From: Deltaproteobacteria bacterium | GTDB lineage: Bacteria; Myxococcota_A; Polyangia; Polyangiales; Houyiibacteriaceae | DNA length: 39,685 nt | Reading direction: 5' to 3' | Assembly (NCBI GenBank): GCA_034670305.1 | Contig: JAXMNT010000064.1 | Coordinates: forward strand, 1-39,685 | Part shown: one piece after another, positions 29,429 to 39,685 of the stretch | How positions within the stretch are numbered: the stretch's first letter is position 1 | How the letters are laid out: every line of letters begins with the position of its first letter | The notes under the pieces: model-generated | Seen by the model: only the letters and a program-made list of their open reading frames with translations | Database searches by the model: none | Told to the model about the DNA's origin: nothing | Made by a program: the position numbers and the translations under genes

Positions 29429-30796
29429 TCAGCTTTCGGGGCGGGGGCCTCGGGCTCTGGAGCTCAGGACTTCGATGAAGTCGAGTTTGGTGAGCAGGCC
29501 CTGCACGTGGCGGTTGTCGTCCACGATGATGGCGACCTCGCCGGCTTCGAAGAGCGCGGGCAGGCGGGTCGCGTCGTCGTGCACGCCGAGCGTGGTGACC
29601 CGGCGCTCCATGACCTCGGCCAGGGGCGTGTCGGGGCTCTTGCCGTCCACGAGGAAGTGCAAGAGGTCGCTCTCGGTGACGATGCCACTCAGGCGCTCGC
29701 CTGCGGTGCAAGGCATCTGCGAGATGCCGTGCGCCTTGAAGAGCTTCACCGCGTGGTCGAGTGTCTTGTCGTCTTCCACAGTCACGACGGACTTGGCCGG
29801 GAGCGCGCGCATCACATCGCCGATGGTGCCGAGCGCGTCGTGCGCATCGACGAAGCCGTGCTGCCGCATCCAGGCGTCGTCCACGAACTTGGTCATGTAG
29901 TTGCGGACCGAGTCGGCGAGCACACACACCACGCGGGCGCCTTCGGGCAGCTCCGCCGCCACCTGCATGGCGGCCCAGACCGCGGCCCCGCTCGAGCCAC
30001 CACAGAGGATGCCTTCTTGGCGGATGACCTGGCGCGCGACGCGGAAGGAGTCGCGGTCGTTCGACTTGATCCATCGGTCGACCAGGCTGCGGTCGAGCAC
30101 GTCCGGGATGAAGTCGTAGCCGATGCCTTCGACCTTGTAGGACTTGATCTCGCTCGGACCGGCAAGCAGTGAACCCTCGGGGTCGACGCCGATGATCTGA
30201 CAGCTCGGGACCTCGCGTTTGAGCACCCGCGCGATGCCGGTGATCGTGCCTCCGGTGCCCGCCGTCGCGACAAGCGCATCGATCTTGCCTTCCATCTGCT
30301 CGAGGATCTCGAGCCCCGTGCCTTCCTCGTGGGCCTTCGGGTTGTCCTCGTTTCCGTACTGGTCGAGGATGTGCGAGTTCGGGATCACCTGCTGAAGCCG
30401 CTTGGCGACCGAGATGTGACTCTCGGGATCATCGAAGGCAGCTTCGGTTGGCGTGCGAATGATCTCTGCACCCAGTGCTTCGAGGACGCGCTGTTTTTCC
30501 GCGCTCATCTTCTCCGGCATCGTGATGATCATCCGGTAGCCACGCACCGCGGCCGCCATCGCCATGCCGATGCCGGTGTTGCCGCTCGTCGGTTCGATGA
30601 GCGTGTCGCCCGGCTTGATCTCGCCCCGCTTCTCCGCTTCGAGCAGCATGCGCACGCCGATGCGGTCCTTCACGGACCCGCCTGGGTTCATCAGTTCGAG
30701 CTTCGCGAACACCTCGCGACCGAGGTCGCGCGCGATGCGGGAGAGCCGAACCATCGGGGTCTGCCCAACGGTGTCCAACACGGAGTCGTGAATCAT
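29429..30796 (-). CDS. cbs: Cystathionine beta-synthase with a C-terminal CBS pair
   Basis: Motifs NPGGSVKDR (PLP Lys), EPTSGNTG, GTGGT, YKVEGIGYDFIP and DSVRNYMTKF, followed by a Bateman module. Confidence 0.92.
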   Translation of the reverse strand: MIHDSVLDTVGQTPMVRLSRIARDLGREVFAKLELMNPGGSVKDRIGVRMLLEAEKRGEIKPGDTLIEPTSGNTGIGMAMAAAVRGYRMIITMPEKMSAEKQRVLEALGAEIIRTPTEAAFDDPESHISVAKRLQQVIPNSHILDQYGNEDNPKAHEEGTGLEILEQMEGKIDALVATAGTGGTITGIARVLKREVPSCQIIGVDPEGSLLAGPSEIKSYKVEGIGYDFIPDVLDRSLVDRWIKSNDRDSFRVARQVIRQEGILCGGSSGAAVWAAMQVAAELPEGARVVCVLADSVRNYMTKFVDDAWMRQHGFVDAHDALGTIGDVMRALPAKSVVTVEDDKTLDHAVKLFKAHGISQMPCTAGERLSGIVTESDLLHFLVDGKSPDTPLAEVMERRVTTLGVHDDATRLPALFEAGEVAIIVDDNRHVQGLLTKLDFIEVLSSRARGPRPES

Positions 30797-30894
30797 CGCG
30801 CGCCTCTACCACGCGTCTGCGGTCTGTGTCAGTCGCGTGGCTCACGGAAGCGGGCGAGGGTGGCTCCTTACGGGTGTTGCTGGCGTCCTTGGGG

Positions 30895-31038
30895 CTGCCG
30901 CTGCCGCTGAGTCTGCCGCTGAGTCTGCCGCTGAGTCTGCCGCTGAGTCTGCCGCTGAGTCTGCCGCTGAGTCTGCCGCTGAGTCTGCCGCTGAGTCTGC
31001 CGCTGAGTCTGCCGCTGAGTCTGCCGCTGAGTCTGCCG
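30895..31038 (+). repeat. 12-mer array (CTGCCGCTGAGT) x11
   Basis: 11 perfect units at 30901-31032, with CTGCCG half-units on each side. Confidence 0.97.
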
Positions 31039-31290
31039 AATCCCGAATCCGACACCGACGCCGAATCCGAATCCGAAGCCGACGCCGACGCCGAAGCCGA
31101 AGCCGAAGCCGAAGCCGACGCCGAAGCCGAAGCCGAATCCGAATCCGATGGCGAAGCCGACGCCGACGCCGAAGCCGACGCCGAAGCCGAAGCCGACGCC
31201 GACGCCGAAGCCGAATCCGAATCCGAAGCCGAAGCCGAAGCCGAAGCCGACGCCGACGCCGACGCCGAGGGCGAGGGCGACGCCGACGCC
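31038..31290 (+). repeat. Mixed hexamer array (GAAGCC/GACGCC/GAATCC)
   Basis: About 40 tandem GANNCC-type hexamers, contiguous with the 12-mer array. Confidence 0.95.
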
Positions 31291-31345
31291 TGATCACGTG
31301 GCGCCCCCGAAGTCAGCCGCACCCGCCCGGCATCAACCGGCTACC

Positions 31346-34300
31346 ATGCCCGCCGTGGCGGACGATCTCGATCCTGCGCTGGCTGCGACCATCGCTCCGG
31401 ACTCGGATGCATCTGTTCCGTCGGACAGCGCCGACGGCACTGCTGCCACCGTCGCCGATCCTTCGAGCCACGACGGCTTGATGTTGGGCAGCGTCGACGC
31501 CGAACACGTCACCGAAGAGCAGCCGGGCCGGTACCGGGAAGGGCGCGAGCTCGGGCGGGGTGGCATCGGGCGGGTGTGTGTGGCCGCCGATGCGCACCTC
31601 GGGCGGGAGGTCGCCCGCAAGGAGCTCCTGGCCCGCCTCGGCACCGGCACGTCGCCCTCGCCGCAAGCGCTCGCGCGGTTCTTGCGCGAAGCGCGGGTCA
31701 CCGGGCAGCTCGAACACCCGGGCATCGTCCCGGTCCACGAACTCGGTCGCAAAGCGGACGGCACGCTCTACTACACGATGAAGCTCGTGCGCGGGGAGTC
31801 GCTCACCCGCGCGCTTCGGCGGGCCCGCGACCTGGACGAGCGGCTGCGGCTGCTCGGTCACGTAAGGGACCTCTGCGAAGCGATGGCCTATGCGCACAGC
31901 CGCGGCGCGGTGCATCGGGATCTGAAACCCGACAACGTGATGGTCGGCGCGTTCGGCGAGACCGTGGTCGTGGACTGGGGCCTAGCGAAGATCCGCGGCG
32001 CGAGCGATCTGCGCGGCGAAGAGATCGAAGCCCAGATGCGCCAGATGCGCGAAGAAGCGGACGGCGACGGCCAGGAAGCCCACGACACGCCCAAACCGGT
32101 GGACAGTTTCGAAGGCGATGCGGCGCACACGCTCGAAGGTTCCACGATGGGTACGCCGGCGTACATGTCGCCCGAACAAGCGCGCGGCGACGTCGCCGCG
32201 ATGGACGAACGCACCGACGTGTGGGGGCTCGGCGCCATCCTCTTCGAAGTGCTGACTGGCCGCGCGCCCTACGCGGGCAAGAGCGCGTTCGATGTGCTCG
32301 CGCGGGTGCTCGTCGAAGACCCGCCACCGGTGCGCGAACTCTGTCCCGAAGCGCCGCCCGAACTCGCAGCCATCGCCGACCGCGCACTCACCCGCGACCC
32401 GGCCGGCCGGTACGCCTCCGCCGCGGCACTGGCCGAGGAGATCGCCGCTTGGCAAGACGGGCGCAGGGTCGGCGCGTACGAGTACAGCGCATGGGAGCTC
32501 GTGCGGCGGTTCGCGTCGCGGCACCGGGCCGCCACCTTCGCCGCGCTCGCGATCCTCGGCGGCGCGCTCTTGGCGTCCGTGTTCATGTGGCGCAGCTACC
32601 GCCAAGAGCTGCAGGCGCGCGCGCACGCCGAGTCCGAACGGCGGCAAGCCCAGGCCGCCGAAGCGCGCGCCGAAGAGTCCGCGGACGACGCCCGGCGCGC
32701 GCTCGCCGAAGCGTTGCTCGAGAAAGCCGAGCGGCTGCGGGAAGAAGGCGACGCGGCGGCCTCGGCGCTCTACGCCGCGGCCGCGCTCGCGGAGGAACCG
32801 GACCGAGACGAACCGAGCGCGCACGAACGCATCGTGCGCGCGACCTCGCGTTTCGACGAAGCCTCGCGCGCGCTGCAACACGGATACGTCGGCCGCCTCG
32901 GCGACGACACCCACCCGCTCAGCTCGAGGGGGGCGTTCGCCCGCGGTGAGTCGCACTTCGTCGGCACCGTCTTCGAACGCGGCTTCGCGGTCTACGACCT
33001 GAGCGCGCTCGGCGACGTGCACGCGGAGGTCTCGGCGGCGGTCCCCGCGTTCTTCGAAGTCGAAGGCGTACGCGGCGTCTGGGGCGTGACGCCTTCGGGC
33101 GGGGTGCTCGCGGTCGCCGGAACGCAGAGCGGGGTCTACGACATGCACACTGGCGCCAAGCGGCGCGCGCTGCCCGCGAACGCGCGCGTGCTCGCATCGC
33201 AGGGCGAAGCGGTGCTCGTGGGCACGAGCGCCGGCGCCGTCGTGGAGTCGACGGACGACGGCGAGCGCACGCTCGAGACCCCGCTGCCCTCGGTCGACCG
33301 CCTCGCTTGGTCGCCGGACGGATCGCGCGTGGCGGTGGCGGCGCGTGGGCTCGGCCGGGTGGTGGTGTTGAACCGGGCGAGCGGCGGCGTCGTGCTCGAC
33401 GAGACCCTGCCCGCCGCGGTGCAGTCGCTCGCGTTCTCCCCCGACGGACGGCAGCTCGCGGTCGGCGGCGAACACCCGCGCATCTGGTTTCTCCTCTGCA
33501 GCGGAGAGCGCGGGGTCGACGACGTCGCCAATGCCGAACCGCGCGGCATCGACGCGTTCGGCTGGGTGGGCGGACTCGACTGGGTGGAGCCGGACCGGAT
33601 CTACGCGAGCGAAGGCGGCGCCCGCATCGTCGCCCGCGACCCCATCACCGGGCGTGTGCACGAGAGCCTGCACGTCTCCGCCGCGGCGGGGTTCCGGCTC
33701 GCGGTGGGACGCACCACCCACGCCCGCTGGCTCGCTGCGGTTCCCGCGCGTGGACCGAGCGCCGAAGAACGCGTCGTCCTCTTCCGTCCGCTCGCCGCCA
33801 ACGAACCGCTCGAACCGGGCGCCCCCGTCCGCACGTTCGATGTGCGCGCCGGTCGCGCCGCGATCGTCTCCGCCGACGGAGTGCGCATCCACGTCGGCGG
33901 CAAGACGGACCTGTGGCGGTTGCCGGTCGGTTCCGCGCAGCCGGTCGCCGCTGCGCTCGGCCCCGCTGGCGGTGTTGCTGGGGAAGGGGGACAGCTGGCG
34001 GTGATCACCGCGACGGGCGAGTTGCTCTACGTCGAGGGCATCGACGGACCGCCGCGCGCGTTCACAGCGATCGCTCCGCCGTGGTGCACCCGCCCCGAGC
34101 CGCTGCTCGGCCTCGCGTTCTCACCCGACGGCACCCACCTCTACGCGAGCGCGGCGGAGGGCGGGGTGTCGGTCGTCGACCTCGCCACCCAGACCAGCGT
34201 CGCCTACGACGACCACGAGGGCGCGGTGCTGGGCCTCTCGATCTCGGCCGACGGCCACGTCGCCTCGGCGGCGCGCGACGGCAACGTCTGCGTTCGGTCG

Positions 34301-34765
34301 CAGGAAGGCATCGAGCGGGTGTTGCGAGGCCACGGCGCGCTCGCTTCGCACGCAGCGTTCCGACCGGACGGCGAGCGCATCGCGACCGTCGACGGGGTCG
34401 GGGTCTTGCGTGTCTGGTCGATCGCGGACGGAGAAGAGGTCCTGCACATCGACGCCCACAGCCGCTGGATCAACCGGGTCGCCTGGTCGGGCGACGGCCG
34501 CGCGATCGCGACCGCATCGGACGATGGAAGCGTGCGCATCTGGCGCGCGGACACCGGCCGCCTGCACCGCATCTTGCCGACGGGAACCTTGGCGATCGGC
34601 GTCGCGTTCGACGGCCAAACGCTCCACTACCACGACGCCTCCCGGATCTTCTCGATCGACATCGACCTCGACGAGACCCTTGAGGACCCGGACGAACTCG
34701 TAGCGGAAGCGGAGCGACGGTCGGGGCTGCGGGTGGAGGGCCTCTCGTTGGTGCATTTGGAGTAG
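31346..34765 (+). CDS. Ser/Thr protein kinase with a TM/coiled-coil segment and C-terminal WD40 repeats
   Basis: Kinase motifs [20 protein letters not shown] and [12 protein letters not shown]40 motifs [15 protein letters not shown] and [15 protein letters not shown]...SDDGSVRIW. The start is ATG 31346 or GTG 31355; the extension to 31148 is repeat-derived. Confidence 0.92.
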   Translation: MPAVADDLDPALAATIAPDSDASVPSDSADGTAATVADPSSHDGLMLGSVDAEHVTEEQPGRYREGRELGRGGIGRVCVAADAHLGREVARKELLARLGTGTSPSPQALARFLREARVTGQLEHPGIVPVHELGRKADGTLYYTMKLVRGESLTRALRRARDLDERLRLLGHVRDLCEAMAYAHSRGAVHRDLKPDNVMVGAFGETVVVDWGLAKIRGASDLRGEEIEAQMRQMREEADGDGQEAHDTPKPVDSFEGDAAHTLEGSTMGTPAYMSPEQARGDVAAMDERTDVWGLGAILFEVLTGRAPYAGKSAFDVLARVLVEDPPPVRELCPEAPPELAAIADRALTRDPAGRYASAAALAEEIAAWQDGRRVGAYEYSAWELVRRFASRHRAATFAALAILGGALLASVFMWRSYRQELQARAHAESERRQAQAAEARAEESADDARRALAEALLEKAERLREEGDAAASALYAAAALAEEPDRDEPSAHERIVRATSRFDEASRALQHGYVGRLGDDTHPLSSRGAFARGESHFVGTVFERGFAVYDLSALGDVHAEVSAAVPAFFEVEGVRGVWGVTPSGGVLAVAGTQSGVYDMHTGAKRRALPANARVLASQGEAVLVGTSAGAVVESTDDGERTLETPLPSVDRLAWSPDGSRVAVAARGLGRVVVLNRASGGVVLDETLPAAVQSLAFSPDGRQLAVGGEHPRIWFLLCSGERGVDDVANAEPRGIDAFGWVGGLDWVEPDRIYASEGGARIVARDPITGRVHESLHVSAAAGFRLAVGRTTHARWLAAVPARGPSAEERVVLFRPLAANEPLEPGAPVRTFDVRAGRAAIVSADGVRIHVGGKTDLWRLPVGSAQPVAAALGPAGGVAGEGGQLAVITATGELLYVEGIDGPPRAFTAIAPPWCTRPEPLLGLAFSPDGTHLYASAAEGGVSVVDLATQTSVAYDDHEGAVLGLSISADGHVASAARDGNVCVRSQEGIERVLRGHGALASHAAFRPDGERIATVDGVGVLRVWSIADGEEVLHIDAHSRWINRVAWSGDGRAIATASDDGSVRIWRADTGRLHRILPTGTLAIGVAFDGQTLHYHDASRIFSIDIDLDETLEDPDELVAEAERRSGLRVEGLSLVHLE

Positions 34766-34824
34766 CGGCGGAAGAAGCGGGTCGAGGATCACTGCGGTCC
34801 GATGGATGCCGCTTTGCGACGGAA

Positions 34825-34870
34825 CTGTTGCGGTAGGGACCCCTGGAAACGGGGGTCCCTACCGCAACAG
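34825..34870. other. Perfect 19-bp inverted repeat with a GAAA tetraloop (REP-like or bidirectional terminator)
   Basis: CTGTTGCGGTAGGGACCCC-TGGAAACG-GGGGTCCCTACCGCAACAG lies between convergent genes. Confidence 0.8.
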
Positions 34871-34900
34871 GAACCGCAGGGCCGCAGAGCCCTAGCAGTT

Positions 34901-35105
34901 CAGCGACAGAATCAGCGGCAGAATCAGCGGCAGAATCAGCGGCAGAATCAGCGGCAGAATCAGCGGCAGAATCAGCGGCAGAATCAGCGGCAGAGTCAGC
35001 GGCAGAGTCAGCGGCAGAATCAGCTTCGGCTTCGGCTTCGGCTTCGGCTTCGGCTTCGGCTTCGGCTTCGGCTTCGGCTTCGGCATCGCATGGGCAAGGG
35101 CAAGG
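34901..35105 (-). repeat. Compound array: (CAGCGGCAGAAT) x10, (GCTTCG) x10, then GGCAAG x2
   Basis: Directly visible. On the minus strand it reads CTTGCC, GAAGCC and GCTGAT-TCTGCC units. Confidence 0.97.
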
Positions 35106-35135
35106 AACCCCAACTCCAACCGTCTGTGCTTGGCT

Positions 35136-37313
35136 TCAGTCCGGGCTGAGCGCTGCGATCAGTCTGGCGAGGACGATGCGGGTGTGGCCTTCGGCGTTTT
35201 GGCCGACTTCGGGGAGCGGGGTGAAGGTGAGGGGTTCGGGCCAGGTGCCCGGTTGGGCGGAGAGGACTGGGGCGGCGAGGGGGTGGACGAGTTCGGCGGT
35301 GAGGCCGGGGGCGGGGTAGTAGCGGCCGCCGAGGTCGCGCATGGGGCCGACTTCGACGCCGTGGCGGGTGCGGAGTTTGTCGCGGATGAAGTCCAGGGCG
35401 GGGGCCATGGTGGTCACGTCGACCGGCACCCGGTAGGCGGGCACGGTGACGAGTTGGCTCGAGCCGAGGACGAGCTGGGCGGCGGGGCGGTCGTCGTCGA
35501 CGAGGCCGATCGCGACGCCGCGTTCGGTCATCGCGTAGAGCGCGATCACGATTGTGGCGTCGCCGTGTTCGGTGGTGGTGACGACTTCGAGCGTGCGCTG
35601 GGTGAGCTGGCGAAAGCCGCGGTCGCGTTCGGTGAACTGCTGGGCGCCCACTTCGAGGAAGCCGCTGGTCTCGTCCGAGGGCGCGTAGACTTGCCGCGCC
35701 TCCGGCTCGGGCAGAGGCGAGGCCGGCACCTCGAAGGTCGGTGCGTTCAGGGCCGCGCCGATCCAGGGGCCGACGCCGAGACCAAGGTGCGCGCACAAGT
35801 CGCGGATGTGAAGCGGCAGTCGCGCGTCCGGCATGGCGCCGACTTCGGCCGCGCGCAGCACTTGGCGGGCGTCGATGGCGCGCAGCCGTCCGTCGGTGGA
35901 GAAACCCGAGCCGCCCGAAGGCACCACCACGTCCATCGCGGGCACCTCGACGAAGAGGGGGCGCACCGTCTCGTGGATGGCGCCGGGCGACGCGAAGAAG
36001 GGGGCGCCTTCGATCGTGCGCAGCACTGCGATTCCCGAAGACAGCATCGCGTCGCGGGACAGGCCCAACTTCGGCAGGGCGACGTCGAGGGGGTCGGTGT
36101 CGCCTTCGGCGACCACCACGAAGGGTTCGTTCACGTACGAGGGTGCGATCGAACCATCGAGACCGATGCTGCCGCCGAGGATCGGTCGGGGGTAGCCCAT
36201 GCGGGCGACCACGAACAGGTCGCCCTCGGGATCGAAGAAGAAGGGCACGACATCGAACGTGCGGCCGGGCCGCGAGACCAGGTCGACCACCAGACCCGTG
36301 CGGCGGTCGACGAACCCTTCGAGCGTCAGGTAGTCGATGGGCGCTTCGTCCCACGCATCGAACGCGAAACTCTCCGTCTCTCGGACCTTCTCTCCTGCGA
36401 CCAACACGTTCGTGGCGGGGTGCGCGACGGGACCGTCGTCGAGGTCGAACATCTCGAACCGGCCCTCGAACCGGTTCTGCACGATCCACGGGTTGTGGAT
36501 CGGAATCGATGCGGCGAGCCGAAGACCGAGCCGCTCGAACACATCGGAGAAGCCGTCCTGATCGAAGTACAGGTACTCCTCGCGGACCTCGGCTTCCCAG
36601 TCGGTGCGGTAGTCTTTGCGCAGCACGAACTCCACCGCGTGCCGGTGCGCGAGTTGGTAGCGCCGCCAGCCCGCGCGGGGTTCGCCGCGGGTTTCGTAGT
36701 CGAACCCGGGCGCCGGATGCAGCGACCGGAACTCGGTGGCGAAGCGTTCGAAGAGCGCGGCGGTGGAGCAGGTGCGGGGATCGTTCGAGTCGTCGCCGTC
36801 GTCGGCCGGCAGGTCCAGCCAGACCTCGTCCATCGCGTCGTGACCAGTCGCCGCGCCGTCCTCCGACAGCGGCGAAGGCGCGAGGAAGTCGCGCACGATC
36901 ATCATCCCGCCCGGTGCGAGCTGTTCGACCTGCGCGGCGAGCGCGCGCGCGGCGCGTTCGTGGTCGTAGCCGCCGAACGAGGTCACGTGGTGCAGCACCG
37001 AGGAGTTGAAGATGGCGGTCAAAGATTCGGGTTCGAACACCGCTTCGGCGACGTCGCCCACCACGAAGCTGAGGTTCGGCAGTTGGTACCGGGCGCGCGC
37101 GCGCTCGACCATCTCCGCGTCGAGATCCACGCCCACCACTTCGAGCCGCGGGTACAGTGCGGCGAGCGCGTGGCTTCCGGCGCCCGAGCCCATGCCCATG
37201 TCGGCGACCTTGCCCACCGTGAGCAAGTGCGCGGCGGCGCCCGCGACCTTGACGCGCATCGCAGCGTCCATCGCGGTCACGTACCGATCGTAGGCCCGCG
37301 CATCCCCCCGCAT
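35136..37313 (-). CDS. Class I SAM-dependent methyltransferase fused to two Nudix-like regions
   Basis: VADMGMGSG...VVGVD...SSVLHHV...LAPGG methyltransferase motifs. The C-terminal half has two F/Y-x-S/A-PG---E-V motifs (FFASPGAIHETV, YYPAPGLTAELV). Confidence 0.8.
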   Translation of the reverse strand: MRGDARAYDRYVTAMDAAMRVKVAGAAAHLLTVGKVADMGMGSGAGSHALAALYPRLEVVGVDLDAEMVERARARYQLPNLSFVVGDVAEAVFEPESLTAIFNSSVLHHVTSFGGYDHERAARALAAQVEQLAPGGMMIVRDFLAPSPLSEDGAATGHDAMDEVWLDLPADDGDDSNDPRTCSTAALFERFATEFRSLHPAPGFDYETRGEPRAGWRRYQLAHRHAVEFVLRKDYRTDWEAEVREEYLYFDQDGFSDVFERLGLRLAASIPIHNPWIVQNRFEGRFEMFDLDDGPVAHPATNVLVAGEKVRETESFAFDAWDEAPIDYLTLEGFVDRRTGLVVDLVSRPGRTFDVVPFFFDPEGDLFVVARMGYPRPILGGSIGLDGSIAPSYVNEPFVVVAEGDTDPLDVALPKLGLSRDAMLSSGIAVLRTIEGAPFFASPGAIHETVRPLFVEVPAMDVVVPSGGSGFSTDGRLRAIDARQVLRAAEVGAMPDARLPLHIRDLCAHLGLGVGPWIGAALNAPTFEVPASPLPEPEARQVYAPSDETSGFLEVGAQQFTERDRGFRQLTQRTLEVVTTTEHGDATIVIALYAMTERGVAIGLVDDDRPAAQLVLGSSQLVTVPAYRVPVDVTTMAPALDFIRDKLRTRHGVEVGPMRDLGGRYYPAPGLTAELVHPLAAPVLSAQPGTWPEPLTFTPLPEVGQNAEGHTRIVLARLIAALSPD

Positions 37314-37334
37314 GGCTCTGTCGTACGTTTCACG

Positions 37335-37886
37335 TCAGCTCGACGCGAACGTATCGACCTCCTCGAACGGGATGTGTTCGGCGACCGTCTTCGCGTAGAA
37401 GCAGCGGCGCAGGACGCCGTCTGCGTCGATGAAGAAGTCGGCCGGCAAGCGGGTCTTGGTTCCGTCCATGTCGCTCGAAGGACGGAACCCCTTCGCCGCG
37501 GCCCGCGCGAGGACCCCTGCGTTGGAGGGCGCCACCCAGCCCCGCAACGAAGACTCGAGCCCGTACCGCGCGTAGATCTGTTCGTCGGGATCGGAGAGGA
37601 GCGGGAAGGGCGGGCTCTGGGTGCCGACGTACTTCTGCATCATCTCGGGCGGCGACTGAAAGACCGCGAGCAACGTGAGGCCGGGCCAGTCCCCAAAACG
37701 TTCGATCATGCGATGCACCCGCAGGTTGCACAGCGGGCACGAGGCGTAGCGGAAGAACGCGACCCAGAGTTTGCGGTTTTGGAGCTTCGATTCTTCGAGG
37801 TGCGCGCGGAGGGAGTGCGGGTTGCCGCGGTGGTCGAGCAACTCGAACGGGGGCGCCTCCGCGCCGACTCGAAGGCGTGTGCTCAC
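37335..37886 (-). CDS. AhpC/TSA peroxiredoxin-like protein
   Basis: Motifs [29 protein letters not shown] and LPADFFID. The GTG start overlaps the scoB stop. Confidence 0.88.
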   Translation of the reverse strand: MSTRLRVGAEAPPFELLDHRGNPHSLRAHLEESKLQNRKLWVAFFRYASCPLCNLRVHRMIERFGDWPGLTLLAVFQSPPEMMQKYVGTQSPPFPLLSDPDEQIYARYGLESSLRGWVAPSNAGVLARAAAKGFRPSSDMDGTKTRLPADFFIDADGVLRRCFYAKTVAEHIPFEEVDTFASS

Positions 37887-38542
37887 GCCTCGCTCATCGA
37901 CCCGACGTCGTCGGCGACTTCGAACGCCGGCTCGGTGGCGGCGCGCACGTCGTCCACGCTGACGCCCGGCGCGAGCTCTTTCAGGAGCAGGCCCTTCGCG
38001 CTCACGTCGAACGCGCAGAGGTCGGTGAAGATCTGATGCACGCAGCCGACGCCGGTCAGCGGGAGTGCGCACTCGTTGAGGATCTTCGGCGCACCCTTCT
38101 TGGTCACGTGGTCCATCATCACGATGACCCGGCGCGCGCCGGCGACGAGATCCATCGCGCCGCCCATGCCCTTGACCATCTTGCCGGGGATCATCCAGTT
38201 GGCGAGGTCGCCGGTGCGGCTGACTTCCATTGCGCCGAGCACGCAGAGATCGATGTGACCGCCGCGGATCATCGCGAAGGACTCCGCGCTGTCGAAGAAG
38301 GTGCTGCCGGGGATCGTGGTGACCGTCTGTTTGCCGGCGTTGATGAGGTCCGGATCTTCGTCGCCTTCGTAGGGGAAGGGGCCGATGCCGAGCAGGCCGT
38401 TCTCGCTGTGCAGCACGACCTCGACGCCCTTCGGTACGTGGTTCGCGATCAGCGTCGGCATGCCGATGCCGAGGTTCACGTAGAAGCCGTCTTGGAGTTC
38501 GCGGCCGAGGCGCGCGGCGATTTCATCTCTCGAGAGGCCCAT
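37883..38542 (-). CDS. scoB: 3-oxoacid CoA-transferase subunit B
   Basis: Motifs [13 protein letters not shown] (catalytic Glu), DLINAGKQ and GMGGAMDLV. The ATG overlaps the scoA stop (TGATG). Confidence 0.93.
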   Translation of the reverse strand: MGLSRDEIAARLGRELQDGFYVNLGIGMPTLIANHVPKGVEVVLHSENGLLGIGPFPYEGDEDPDLINAGKQTVTTIPGSTFFDSAESFAMIRGGHIDLCVLGAMEVSRTGDLANWMIPGKMVKGMGGAMDLVAGARRVIVMMDHVTKKGAPKILNECALPLTGVGCVHQIFTDLCAFDVSAKGLLLKELAPGVSVDDVRAATEPAFEVADDVGSMSEA

Positions 38543-39255
38543 CAGTTGGCTCCTGTTGCCGGGCGCGGCTGGGTGGTGCGTTGTTCGATCGGTTTGTCGA
38601 ACTGGGTGCCGACGACGACGCGCTTCACGTAGATGCCCGGGGTGTGCACCTGGTCCGGATCGAGCGTGCCGACCTCGACCAGTTCTTCCACCTCCGCGAT
38701 GGTGACCTTCGCGGCCATGGCCATCAGCGGGTTGAAGTTGCGCGCGGTCTTGCGGAACACGAGGTTGCCCTGGCGGTCGCCCTTCCACGCTTTCACGAAC
38801 GCGACGTCCGCGTGCAGCGCGGTCTCCATCACGTACATGCGCCCGTCGAAGTCGCGGGTCTCTTTGCCCTCGGCCACCTTCGTGCCGTAGCCGGTCGGCG
38901 TGTAGAAGGCCGGGATGCCCGCGCCGCCCGCGCGGATGCGTTCGGCCAACGTGCCCTGCGGGTTGAGCTCCACCTCGAGTTCCCCGCTGAGGAACTTCTC
39001 GGCGAAGATCTTGTTCTCGCCCACGTACGACGAGATCATCTTCTTCACCTGCCCATTGGCCAGCAAGATGCCGAGCCCCTGGTCGGTCGTGCCGCAGTTG
39101 TTGCTGATGATGGTGAGGCCCTTCGTTCCCCGATCGCGCAGCGCGCGAATCAGGTTCTCCGGGTTGCCACAGAGCCCAAAGCCCCCCGACATGAGTACCG
39201 CGCCATCGGCGACGTCGTGAAGCGCCTCGGCGGCGGAGCCGATCAACTTGTCCAT
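38542..39255 (-). CDS. scoA: 3-oxoacid CoA-transferase subunit A
   Basis: Motifs [35 protein letters not shown] and TARNFNP. Confidence 0.93.
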   Translation of the reverse strand: MDKLIGSAAEALHDVADGAVLMSGGFGLCGNPENLIRALRDRGTKGLTIISNNCGTTDQGLGILLANGQVKKMISSYVGENKIFAEKFLSGELEVELNPQGTLAERIRAGGAGIPAFYTPTGYGTKVAEGKETRDFDGRMYVMETALHADVAFVKAWKGDRQGNLVFRKTARNFNPLMAMAAKVTIAEVEELVEVGTLDPDQVHTPGIYVKRVVVGTQFDKPIEQRTTQPRPATGAN

Positions 39256-39332
39256 GGGGCGGAGTAGAGGCGCGGGCGGGGGTTGGCGTCAAGGGTTGCG
39301 CCGCGCCACCCGCTGCCGTCGCTCGCCGTTGA

Positions 39333-39685
<353 letters not shown>

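Noticed and set aside
30895-31290. Possible CRISPR array
   Set aside because: The units are contiguous 6/12-mers with no unique spacers, and no cas genes are present.
30429-31481. ORFs encoding (SA)n, (LPLS)n, (AE/AD)n, (RS)n and (PK)n dipeptide repeats, including the 31148 extension of the kinase
   Set aside because: The repeats are stop-free in several frames on both strands, so long ORFs arise automatically. There is no RBS, and the kinase has a better start at 31346/31355.
34802-35149. (QRQN)n/(LR)n and (PK)n/(LPLI)n ORFs
   Set aside because: They are translations of the microsatellite and have no other support.
35130-38036. Long antisense ORFs (also 23870-27034, 14084-16369, 21105-23306 and others)
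   Set aside because: These are shadow frames opposite well-supported genes, as expected in high-GC DNA, and show no recognisable motifs.

Overview
This GC-rich, gene-dense fragment most likely comes from a myxobacterium (Myxococcota, probably Polyangiales/Sandaracinaceae-like). That placement is inferred from a CglF-like protein, a giant AgmK-like TPR protein, two Hanks-type Ser/Thr kinases and a Cys-rich lipoprotein with thrombospondin type-3 (TSP3) repeats. Most genes are housekeeping: argF-argB, argG, a dnaK paralogue, ppa, a CBS/CorC protein, pdxH, cystathionine beta-synthase, scoAB and a peroxiredoxin-like protein. The unusual signal is intergenic. Seven separate arrays of related NNNGCC hexamers are present. 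Two intergenic mosaics join short scraps of an IS5/IS1182-like transposase and of four-helix-bundle genes to a dispersed REP-like repeat. Three loci share the layout 'stop codon - IS-end-like motif - CTTGCC tract - TGCCCGCG'. Notable proteins are a stand-alone triple-BRCT + DUF1963-like protein, a J-protein/DnaK/partner trio whose two flanking proteins share a domain, a methyltransferase fused to two Nudix-like folds, and a secreted amidohydrolase-OB-LTD lipoprotein. All family assignments come from motif recognition by eye; no database search was run. No rRNA, tRNA, CRISPR array or intact transposase was seen.
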